DNA of 64,000 bases from Nageia nagi (taxonomy: Eukaryota > Plantae > Pinophyta), in contig JBITNC010000001.1 in assembly GCA_050084985.1 (NCBI GenBank), positions 3,534,001 through 3,598,000 of the forward strand. The letters run 5' to 3'. Made by a program: the position numbers and the translations under genes. Positions 36,455-47,670 of this stretch are shown here, in pieces. Position 1 is the first letter of the stretch, and the number at the start of each line of letters is the position of its first letter. The notes beneath the pieces are model-generated. The model saw only the letters and a program-made list of their open reading frames with translations. It did not search any database and was not told where the DNA came from.

Positions 36455-36599
36455 CTGCAAAAACTCAAACATGATAAAAAATGGATCAGCTCTGTTGTTG
36501 TTGTCTGTTTCACCTATGGGCATTACTCATATTGTTTGGTGATGGGTGGAGCACACATGAAAAACCTCCATTTTTCGCTTAGAAAAAATAAAATGGTCC
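36455..36599 (-). pseudogene. Chimeric FPGS-derived pseudo-exon
   Basis: Flanked by AG/GTAAG. Its 3' end ACAGAGCTGATCCATTTTTTATCATGTTTGAGTTTTTGCAG|GTAAGA copies the exon-2 end ACAGAGCTGATGCGTTTCTTTTCATGTTGGAGTATTTGAAG|GTAAGA. Its 5' part, GPFYFF*AKNGGFSCVLHPSPN, loosely resembles the expected next exon GSTCTF..RNCGFRTGLFTSPH. Confidence 0.5.
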
Positions 36600-36884
36600 C
36601 TATACACAAAGTATAATATATACATTTAGAATCCAAACAACAAGAAAGAGAGAACAATCCGTGTATTTTGGCCTCATCGTTAGAGTGTCTCTATTTTGAT
36701 AATAATATTTTCTTAAATTTAAAAGTATTTATCCACTTGATTCTGCACCTATAATAAATTATTTTCCATAGGAAACTAAGGGTACAATTCTTACATGAGT
36801 AATGCAAGACATGCAAAGCTCACTCACAATGTTCAGTTTATATTATCTTGTTCATATTGTAGATTAAAACCATTGTTGGCATAC

Positions 36885-36950
36885 CTTTCCTTTAGTTCCA
36901 GCAACATGGATAACACTGAGCTGTGATAAATATTCTTCCAAGTTCAGTAT
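36885..36950 (-). CDS. FPGS: Folylpolyglutamate synthase, coding exon 3
   Basis: cag|ILNLEEYLSQLSVIHVAGTKGK|gtatg: 66 nt, phase 0/0, carrying the FPGS/FolC P-loop IHVAGTKGK(GST). Confidence 0.92.
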
Positions 36951-38424
36951 CTGTACACGCATATGACACAAGTTAATCATGATTTACACTGCGAAAATAT
37001 CGATCTCCATGCATCATAGGATCAGATAATATGAATACAGACACAGTTTATAATATAATCATGTAAACAACCAGTTATGTTCAAAACCTTGTATATTATG
37101 TAGAAAACACCATGCTCAAATGCAGAAGGAAGGTCAAACACAAAAATGCAGAATGGTGTCGACATGTCAAAGACATGAAGAGGACCATCAACTAATTGCA
37201 AGGTACTAACTTGTGCGACTAGAATGAGGCATTACACTCTCACACATCATAGTAATACTAATTAGTTTTCCAAGTCCCCTTGTTAGATATTACTAGTCTA
37301 GCATCACCTAGTCTGAATCATCTATTTCTCATGATTAGACATATGCATTAAAGTTAAAACCATATTCAAAATTGAGAAAGTCATAGAAACAATCCAAAAT
37401 TTATTTTAGAAAGGAGAAATAAATCAAATTATTTTTATTTGCGATGAATGTGATTGGTTAGGTTACAGCCCAGCCAGCATGTTCTATTGGCACATGAGAC
37501 TCCCTTGAGGGTAAAAACGAACTTTTCAATTTACCTTAATGCTTATGTATTGTTCCAGATTTATGTATTTTAGGTTTTCTACCTTTGGGCAAATCTCTTG
37601 AGTAGATCTCGCCTTGCCAGCCTGCCTAGACCCTTAAAGGCTGACATTTTGTTCTATCCAGTTAAAATAGTCATTCTCTAGTGATTTGCTTCAAGAAAGA
37701 AGGAAGCTCAAATCGTAGTCATATCAATAGTTTTGGCTTTCATTCATTGATCTTATAACAAGAGCATCGTCATATCAAGAAATCGGACCCCAATTTCTTT
37801 GTTACGCAGGTTAAAGATTCATAAAACTTCCAAGATGGTGACTAAGGAACTAGTATATTATTGCACTGTTTGACTTTGCAACTTAAATTGAAGAGAAGGA
37901 AATCAACTCATGCTTAGTGCCAAGTCTGTAGCATTGACCATAGGCCAATATCTCTTCCTGAGCCAATCCCAAAAGCCTCCAATCCAAATAACATGGACAT
38001 AGCTTTGAATTCTAAGCAAGGTGTGAGTTTATGATTTGGCTTATTCTCTACAGATTGGTCTGCTCCGATTTCTGGCATAGTTCATTATCGACCCTTCCAT
38101 CATTTCCGCTTCTGGAATTTTTTTTTCCTGTTAATAACTAAAATTGCATTTTAACATCTGCTGTTTAGGCCCACAAACAACATTTGCTGAACTCGTTACA
38201 CCCTAACAGTTTCAACGCTCAGGCCCAACAAACAATCAAAGAAAAACTAAAATCTCTTACACACTTGTTGTAACATGTCTTTTTTTGTCCAATATCTGAG
38301 TTGAAGATGAACATAGGAAAAGTAGATTTAAAAAAAAGCTTGAAACCAGGTTTAGAATGGCTATATCATGAACATGGAGAAAAAGCAAAAGGAGGCCTAG
38401 ACTTAGCAAGGTATCAAATCTTAC

Positions 38425-38573
38425 CTTCAAATACTCCAACATGAAAAGAAACGCATCAGCTCTGTTCGTGGGGTCTATCCTTTGTTGCTTGGAAATGGTT
38501 GATGAAATTGCATCTAGAGCTGCTGCATATGAAGATGAAGATGAAGAATCTTGATTTGGTCCTACTACATAAC
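38425..38573 (-). CDS. FPGS: Folylpolyglutamate synthase, coding exon 2
   Basis: gcag|..YVVGPNQDSSSSSSYAAALDAISSTISKQQRIDPTNRADAFLFMLEYLK|gtaag matches the plant FPGS N-terminal Y..ALDALSSLI....F..L..YLK motif. An alternative in-frame ATG lies at 38598. Confidence 0.88.
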
Positions 38574-39973
38574 CTGCACCACATTCACCAAAGTCCATGA
38601 GCAAACATGTTATCTAGGAGGCATTTTTATAGTCAAAAACTTAAAAAAACAAAACCCTTTGTAATTTTCATGTGACAAGGACTGCCTATGCTATACTTTT
38701 CGGTGAGATCTTGAGAAAGGAATCAGTCATAACTCTAGACAACACTAAAGTTGAGAAAAGATCCTCTCTAGCAGCTTATGAGATTCATTTGAAGCTTTTG
38801 TGCTGTCTATCTACTAAAAACTAGTTAATGTATCTTGTTCATTGTTCACTGTCTACGTAACAAACCGATAGAAGGTCGAAATGCCCCTTGGCATATCTTT
38901 AAAGAAATGCCGAGAAACACGCAAACGGGTTTTCTTCGTTGTTGTCATTGCCCACTACTTAAAGTTGCTATGATGGTTGGCTTGAAGATATAGGATCTTC
39001 AACATTAATACTATCCTCAACCCCAACATTATCTGATTCATACTCTCGCTGCTGCTCACTTTTCAAATTTGATAAAGCTAAAAATAATGAGACTTTGCAA
39101 AGTTAAAAAAAAAACTTTAAAATACCACATCTCTCCTTGTTACTAGTCATTTAACGGCAGTGCTCCTTGCTGCCGTTATTTCCTTCTTGAATGGGTATGT
39201 AATGTCCTCTTGCTTGCTTCTTGTCTATTGTTTTCCTCTTGTCTATTGTATTTCTGTTTCTTTTTTTTTTGGTCTTGCTGTGTTTTAAATATGTAGGTTG
39301 AGGGCAATGTATATTTTCTTTTTCCGAAAAAGAGTCATCAGATGCGATTCGTCATCCTGGATGGCAGTCTTTTACAAGTCACTTAACTTTGCCATTTAAC
39401 ATCTAGAAGTTCAGAGCGTTTTGAGTAGAGTTTTCACAGTGTTTTCCAGCTAAGGTATTTTGCTTAGAACTTTGTTTTGGTAGAATTTTTGCATACTTTT
39501 ATTTTAATGCATTCCATTTTCATATTTTTTATTTGCCAAAGTCCGCGAATTCCCCCGAGTCAAAGGCTTCTCAAGTTGTTAAGAAGACCAAGTTCAACTA
39601 CGGTGTAAAGTTAAAATTCAGAAAGAAACATGGTGGTCGAGAAAAATAAACTCTCCCATTCAATAACCATATCTCTGACCTATAATCATTCCGGCTACGC
39701 TGTGAACCCAATAATCTTTACATTTACTTCAATTAAACTACAAGATTCATTTGCCAACTATTACTAGGAATTAAAACACAATATCTTAAAGGCACCCAGG
39801 CAATAAACTCATCGTATGACTAAATGTCAGAACCTTAAAATAATATTTAACTCATAAAGCCAGATTGGAAACGGCACGATGTAATCTAACAACAACTCAA
39901 AAACTGTTTTAAAAATAATCTTTTACAATTTGATAAACAAAAAAACAAAGTATAAAGTGTAATAAAAACTAAC

Positions 39974-40091
39974 TATTGAAATCTGGGGGCTGCCCCGACT
40001 TGCTCATGGTGACGTATCGGATATAGAAAGCCCAAATCTCTCTGCAAATGAAATGGAGGAGAATGCGCAAGCGCTGAAATTCTCGACTCAT
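39974..40091 (-). CDS. FPGS: Probable FPGS coding exon 1 with two in-frame ATGs
   Basis: MSREFQRLRILLHFICREIWAFYIRYVT-MSKSGQPPDFN(S), with donor GTTAGT in phase 1 matching the phase-1 acceptor at 38573. It sits in a GC-richer patch next to AT-rich upstream DNA. Confidence 0.6.
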
Positions 40092-41489
40092 TTGACGGTG
40101 AAAACGTTTGAAGTTGTTGGTGGGTTAAGAATAAGATAAGGTGTCCCCTTATGCCTCCTGCCTGTTGTGTTCATTTTTTATTATTGATGTTCCACTATTT
40201 TTAAATCTAGATTTTTATTTTATTTTCAATCTTTTTTTTGTTAATGAGAAATCATATCTTAGGAGTCTTCACTTAATTGTATTATATATATCATGATCAG
40301 CAAAGTTTGTAATTATGTTCACTTGTGAAAGGGTATAGGTTTTCAATTATATTTACTTGTTAGAGGAGATAGGACTTGAATCTAGACCCCACTAAAAAAT
40401 TTAGCAACTCTCCACCTATCAACTTCTCTAGCATGTTCACATTGTTATGGTATTATATCTTTCTTAACATTTAAAATGGTAATTAAAATCAGTTTTAATT
40501 TTGTTATAAGATAAATTTATTTCAACAAATGATTTTATGGTAATTCTAAATATTTAAAAATGATTTTCTATTTATCATAAAATCATATTTATGTTATTTA
40601 GAAAAATAGTAATTAAAAGGTGCAAATATCAAGAATAATGTATGTATAAAAGGAGGAGCAAGGAATAGCTTTGATTATCATATCCCTATCAAATATTCAT
40701 CTCAAATCACCAACATCTATCATTATTCTAACAATGTCACTTGGCACTACCAATCCAAGGATCTATTATACTCTCTTATGCATAATTGAATTATTCTTGT
40801 TTTATTGTAATATTTTTCATGATCATAATAATGTAATGCATTTTATTTTATTTATAGTAAGTTAGATTTTTTATAAAGTATATAATAAAATCAAAAGCAT
40901 TTTGGATGATGGATAATGTCATGTACTAAATTTGTATAGTATTATAATTAGTGGGATTTGATAGTGATGAAGATAGAAAAAAGATAAAGTTGGACATGGA
41001 TTTGTGAAGATGAAAAGCTCTTGCACAAATTGAAAGAGTCGTATGTAACTCTCTTATTCAAATGGAAGATTAAAGTTCAAAATTCATTTGTACATATATA
41101 TTAGATTATAATTTGTATTATGTGAGAGAATATGATGAGAATATGAACTGTGTATAAGAAAAAACACATAGTGTGAGTGTGGAAAATAGCATCTTATGTG
41201 AGTATATTATGAGTGGAATAGATAGATATATTTCTTTTAATGTTCTTTTAAACTTATTGGTTTGTAGGAACTATCAAAGTTTATTTAGAAGAAAATATTC
41301 ATCAATTATGTATTTAAATGATTGTTTATCATTAAAAAAATATTGAACATTAATCTATACATGAATATAACTATGTTTATATCATTAATAAATTGGTTTA
41401 GTACATGAAATATAGGAACCACTACTTTCTATAGATATATGTGACATTATGTCTAACATTTTCTAAAGTCAAGTTACCTATTGTTAACA

Positions 41490-42000
41490 GCAATCTCTTT
41501 CTTGTTGATATAGTTGGAAGTCATTGTACATACCCATATTTACATTATGGCGTTCATCAATTTCACCAAACATTCACTTCATGCCTCTTCTACTACTATC
41601 ACATTTAATGTCTCAACTTCATCTCATAATTGATCTTGTTCCTTGCAAAACACTCTCCATTCTTCAAATATTATCGATAGATACTCTTTGCTTTGCCTCG
41701 AATTTTCCCTCTTAGTAATCAATCTTCCCTCTCTGTTACCTCTTGTTAATAGTAATCTCTTTCTTATCAACATAGTTGGAGATCATTGCATATACCCATA
41801 ATTATATTATGATGTTCATCAATTTCATCAAACATTTACTTGATGCCTCAGCTTTGCACATTAGCTTTTGCTACCATTGTATTTAATATCTCAACTTCAT
41901 CTCATAAGTGATCTTGTTCCTTGCAAAATGCTCTCCATTATTCAAATATCATCAATAGATACTCTTTTCTTTTCCTCCAATCTTCTCTCTCAATAATCAA
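41490..42000. repeat. Tandem duplication, ~262-bp unit x2
   Basis: AATCTCTTTCTT...TAGTTGGA...CATACCCATA...CTCAACTTCATCTCATAA...TAGATACTCTTT is repeated starting at ~41492 and ~41754. Confidence 0.8.
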
Positions 42001-42349
42001 TATATATATCTCCACCATTATTATAAAAAGTTAGTGTAGTAATTCTCACTTTTAATTCTCACTTTTCTAAGTTCCATAATGCCTCCAATATCTCTTTTGT
42101 ATTTAAGTGTGACCTTAAGGATTTGATTTCATAATCATTTGGATGAATGTTATTTGTGTTCCTCTTGTATAAAGAGAGGATAAGCCTTTCCCTTGTACTA
42201 TCATAAGAACTTATCTTTTTTATTTTTATCCTCCATGAAACCTCGACACTTACAACCATAGTTGTCAGACTCAAACTCATTGAGGTCCCCTAAGAGTCAA
42301 ACTTGGGACTCGAGAAAAAAATCACAATCGAACTCAAGAAAATGAAAAA

Positions 42350-42352
<3 letters not shown>

Positions 42353-42383
<31 letters not shown>
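42353..42383. repeat. (TA)n microsatellite
   Basis: About 15 TA units. Confidence 0.9.
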
Positions 42384-42385
<2 letters not shown>

Positions 42386-44409
42386 CATTAAAATCATAAT
42401 TTTTTTCAATTACATATTACTTATTACTATTATTCGTATATTTTAGAAGCCTACTTACTCAACATTAATATTATACAATTTATTATATACATAATTACAA
42501 ATAAGAAATCATGAATAGGAAGGGGCATATGTTTGTATTCATCAACATGTTAAAAATTTACAATTCAAAATGTGCCTATGATAGTTACAAAATCACATAA
42601 TCTATGATGAATGCAAAATATAAAATCACATATTAGTTGATGACTGCAAACTTCAATTTTTTTTTTACTTTTCCCTAAGCTATAAGCACCCTTTGTGCCT
42701 GAGATATGGAATTGAATCATGTTGCCTCTTCTTATACCCTTTTATCTTCCTTACCCAATATCTCTAACTCCTCTACTAGATTTTCAAGATCCTCGAAAAT
42801 AATATCAAGAATATTAGGATCCTCTAAAGGTTGATCCTTTATAGGTTGATCCTATGTTATTCATTCATTGGATTGATCAATACAATCAAATTCAATGGAC
42901 TCATAATCTATATTTGTAACATTTATACATATTTTACTTTATTAGTGTTATACCATAAAGGTTTGTCTATATAAGATGCATTGTATATTTTATGAAACTA
43001 TAGTTAATGGACTCATAATATAGAATATAGATTCTATACCTATAATTTTTTATGATGGGGGAGTAAATTGTAATGCACAAACATAAGGTCATTTAATTTT
43101 TGTTATGTTAATTTGTTTATCTTCTTATAGTGAACATGCTCAAAAATACACCAATTACACTTACAACAAAAAGCATTGCATGGCTAGGATAAAATATGGA
43201 TCATAAAATTTTGCAAGTTTGACATATATGATTCAAAATCCTCCCACCATAAATGTGAAATTAAGTTAATAAAAATATTATTAATACATCACAACTTGTA
43301 ACTTCACATATAAATATCAAAATTAAGATTAAAAGATAAAAATTTAAAATTTAAATAACTTTTGTGGCAACAGATTATCAACTGCTTTGACACACTCAAT
43401 GGAATTAAAAAGGATATCAATGATATTTTTATAAGATTGTATTTCACATTATATTGATATTCGAATATTTAGATCAGCCACCAAATGATCAATAACAATC
43501 CTAAAACCTGACATCATTTGATAATCTTTACATTTTTTTCCAAAAAAGATTTTAGGATTAAGATAGTAGTTATTGCATGAAGAGGGATATGACATTAGGA
43601 TGTCCAATGATGATCAATGAGATCCCAAATAGGATGGTATTTGGCCTTGATATGGTTATAATATGCAATAATTGACTATTTGGCCTTGTACATGGATTCA
43701 TACACATAATCCATAGGTGGTTCACTACACCAAAATTGTGCTTCAAGGGCGATTCTAATCCACCTTAATTGACCTTTAACGATGGTTTTTTTCCCATCAT
43801 TTATCAAGACTTCATAAAAAAATCGAGAGAAATGATAGTGATTATGAACCATCTTAATATATCAATAACATGGCATTTAAAGGCCCACCATTTTATGATA
43901 TATTAAGTACGGTTTAAAACTATCATATTATGATGATAATTTTTAAAAATATAGCAAATAATATGGTGGTTTTTAATCACCCTAGTAATTAATAATAGGA
44001 TGGTTATAAACCACTTTTTTATTATTACATTTACATTGAAATATGCAATATCCTTTCAAGTGTTCTCACTATTGGTAAATATGACATTGAATTTCATTCT
44101 TAATGTAATGATAGATGAAAATAACCAAGCAAAAGGATAGCACTACTTGGACTCTAAGTAGGATTTTTGAGTTATCGTATGGGCCTCTGGTTTAAATTCT
44201 AGTGATACCTATGCATATGGCATTGAATTTCATTCTTAATGCAATGAAGGATGAAAACAACTAATTAAAGTGATAGCACTTCTTGGATTCTAAGTAGGAT
44301 TTTTGAGTTCTTGCATAGGCCTGCAGTTCAAATTCCAATGATCACCCCTATTAATATTTAACCTATTATTAGAGAGTATAAAATATTCTCCAAATATAGT
44401 ATAGATTAG

Positions 44410-46318
44410 GTATGCTTTGGAGGCCCTTAAGTATTTTTAGAAAATGTAATTGACTAGCTTCAAACCAAATTCAATATCCTTTGTAAGTATTATTCTTGTA
44501 TATGCAACTCTTACATCTTTAAAATGGGGCATGGATAGTCATGGAAAAATAATTAGATGTGGATTTATTTTGCATTCAAATGTGATAACATCACTAATAG
44601 ACATGTATTCAAAAAGCGAAAGGAATTATGAAGATAAAAGTTTTGTTTGCCAAGATGCATAATAGAAAAAAAAAATTCATAGAACACAATGATTGTAGGA
44701 TATGCAAGGAATAGACTCAAAAAAATCATAGCATGCCAATAAAATTACTTGATGATATTGTGTGTACTTCTTGCTTGGTTTCTGTAAAATGCAATGATTG
44801 AGGATGTGCAATTCTTGGTATGAATCATTATACATGCAAGTTTTATAACAACTAATAATCAAACTTATTTAATGAATCTTGCAACTCAACTGCTTCTCTT
44901 TCTTTGTCTACTTTATAATCTTTCATGGATATGATTCTATATAAATCAAGTGCTTGAAGACTATATGACTTACAATAAACAAAAACCTACTGATCTTAGT
45001 AACAATCATAAACAAAGGAACATGGTGAAGAGATTCTTCATTTTCCTTTTTTTTAGTATCTAGAACCTTGGAAAAAATGCAAAAGAAGGACCCAATACAT
45101 AGAAATTACAACAAACTAGCTTTGGACCAGATTTAATAACCTTTGTAAGTATTCTTCTTATATGTGTAACTTTTACAGCTGTTAAATGGGGCATGGATGC
45201 TCATGGAAAAATAACTAGATGTGGGTTTCTTTCACACGTAATTGTGATAATATCCCTGATAGACATGTATTTAAAATGTGGGAGCATTAAGAAAGCAAGT
45301 GTTTTGTATGACAAGATGTGTAATAAACAAATAATTTCATGGAATGCAATGATTGCAAAATATGCAAGGAATGGTTGCAATAAGAAAGCCATTAAACTAA
45401 TTGAATAAATGGAATATGTGGGAATTCATCCAAAAGATGTAACATATGTTTGTGTATTATCTGCTTGTATCCATGTAGGTCTAGTGAAAGAGGAATATCA
45501 ATACTTCAAATTCATGAATGATTATATCATATTATACCCATAATGAAACTATGCATGTATGGTTTACCTTCTTGACTTATGTTGGGCATATAGATGAAGC
45601 AAAAGAATTTATAGATAACATGTCAAACAATCCTAATTATTGTAGTGTGGACTTGTTTGCTTGGTCCTTATATAATTCTTAAAAACTAGGAGTTACCAAA
45701 ATTTGTAGCAGAACAAGATCAAGACTAAATCTTCACCTTAGAAATTATAACAAGAAATTATGAAAATTAAGCTTAATAGGTAAAGGAGATGAAATATATG
45801 TTAGAAATTGTCTTATTATTATGTTCATCAAAATTTGTGTTCAATTGCTTCTTTCATCCTTGCTTGAATTCATCTTTTCCATGAAGATTTTTATGACAAA
45901 AAAGTGTAAGGATATGGACAAACAATTGTATGATTATAAATATTGACTTGCATTATGATCATAGTGGTCTCTCACAAGTTGATATATTTAATTATACCAT
46001 TGCTTGCCAACCTCATTCACATTTTCATTCATGAAACATTGTAGTTGGTATTTGTGGACTTGTTTGCTTGGTGCCTCTAGAATTCATAACAACCAAGAGT
46101 TGGTAGAATTAGTAATTCAATAAAATAAAAAACATATGAAAAATGATAAAATATTCAATTTTTTTATGGTAGATATATCACATCCAAAAATATAGAAAAG
46201 TTACAATGAGTTAAAAATATTGCCTTAGGTTATGAAAGAAGTAGAATATATTGTAAAGGATGCTAACTATTTTCACCACTCCAAGGATGGAAAGTGTTCA
46301 TATGGTGATTATTGGTAG
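44410..46318 (+). pseudogene. PLS-class PPR gene fragments with E/E+ region and DYW C-terminus
   Basis: KPNSISFVSII...HGKIIRCGF...TSLIDMYSK; SLIDMYLKCGSIKKA..YDKM....ISWNAMIAKYARNG...TYVCVLSACIHVGLV; ending IVKDANYFHHSKDGKCSYGDYW* at 46318. Many stops and frameshifts. Confidence 0.9.
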
Positions 46319-46599
46319 TTAACTAAAGGATTTTTATTGTAAAAATGGAACAAAGCTTTTTCTAGAAAAGTATTTGACTACCATGATCCTATAGTTATAT
46401 TGCACGCAAGGAAGGATACATGCATAATCTCTTTAGGAATTCATTCCAACTAGTTGTTAGATTGCAAAAACCTTCAAACCTTGAGGGGTGCTTTTGAGCT
46501 TAGGGTTTTGTTAAGACATATTGTAAATAATTTTAAATGTTAAATTACTTGAGTTATTAATATAGGGTTTCATTAAAAACATGTTAACCTTACAAGCTT

Positions 46600-47670
46600 A
46601 GGCCAGGTTTTTCAATGTGGTGACAATGTTCTTATAGACATGTATGTTAAGCTTGGGAATATACAAAAGGATCATATCTCTTTGATAAAATACATAAAAT
46701 ATCACAAGGTATTAACATAATGGGCATGGTTTAGAGAATCCCAAGTGCAATTGACTAGTTTTAGACTAGATTTGTGTTATGGCTATATATGTAACTTTTG
46801 CATCTTAAAAATGGGACATTAGACATTCCTTATTAAATAATTATATAATTAGATGTGGGTTTCTTTCACATGTAATTGTGATAGCAGCCTTGATATACAT
46901 GTATGTAAAATATGTGAGCATCAAGACAACAAGAATTTTGTTTGATAATATGCATTATGAACAAAATGGGGCAAGGAAAAATAACTACATGTGCGTTTCT
47001 TTCATAGGAAACTCTGATAATAACTCTAATAGACATGTATGCAAAATATGAGAGCAGTAAGATGAACATGGTTTTATTTGATAATATGCATTATGAATCT
47101 ATAATTTTAAGGATTGTAATGATTATAGGGTATGCAAGGAATTCTTGTAGCAAACAAAACCATCAATCTATTTGAACAAATGAAATATGTGGGTGTTAAT
47201 TCAAATGATTACAATGATTACAAGGTATGCAAGGAATCCATCAAACTATTTTAATAAAGGGAATATGTAGGTATTAATATAGATGTAGGGTATGCAAGGA
47301 ATGGTTTTAGCAAGGAATCCATCAAACTATTTGAATAAATGGAATTATGTGGGCATTAATCTGTAGGGCATGCAAGGAATGGTTGTAACAAAGAAATCCA
47401 TCAAAGTATTTGATCAAATGGAATATGTGGGCATTAATCCACATGAAAGGTATACAAGGAATCATTATAGCAAGGAAGCCATCAAATTATTTAAATAAAT
47501 AGAATATGTGGGCACTAAGCCATATGACACACAAGAATCATTATAACAAGGAAGCCATAAAACTATTTGAACAAATGGAACATGTGGGCTTTAATCAAGA
47601 TGAAGGGTATGCAAAAATATTTGTAGCAATAAAGCCATCAAACTATTTGAATAAGAGGGATATGTAGGCA
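46600..47670 (+). pseudogene. Further PPR fragments ending in a 7-copy ~80-bp minisatellite of a PPR motif segment
   Basis: LIDMY motifs at ~46630, 46890 and 47025. GGGTATGCAAGGAATGG...CCATCAAACTATTTGAA.AAATGGAATATGTGGG repeats at ~47128, 47225, 47288, 47366, 47449, 47530 and 47605. Confidence 0.85.

Noticed and set aside
38257-38424. C-terminal half of the 115-aa ORF in the ORF track
   Set aside because: It is read-through into the intron after the GTAAG donor at 38424, and FPGS similarity ends at YLK.
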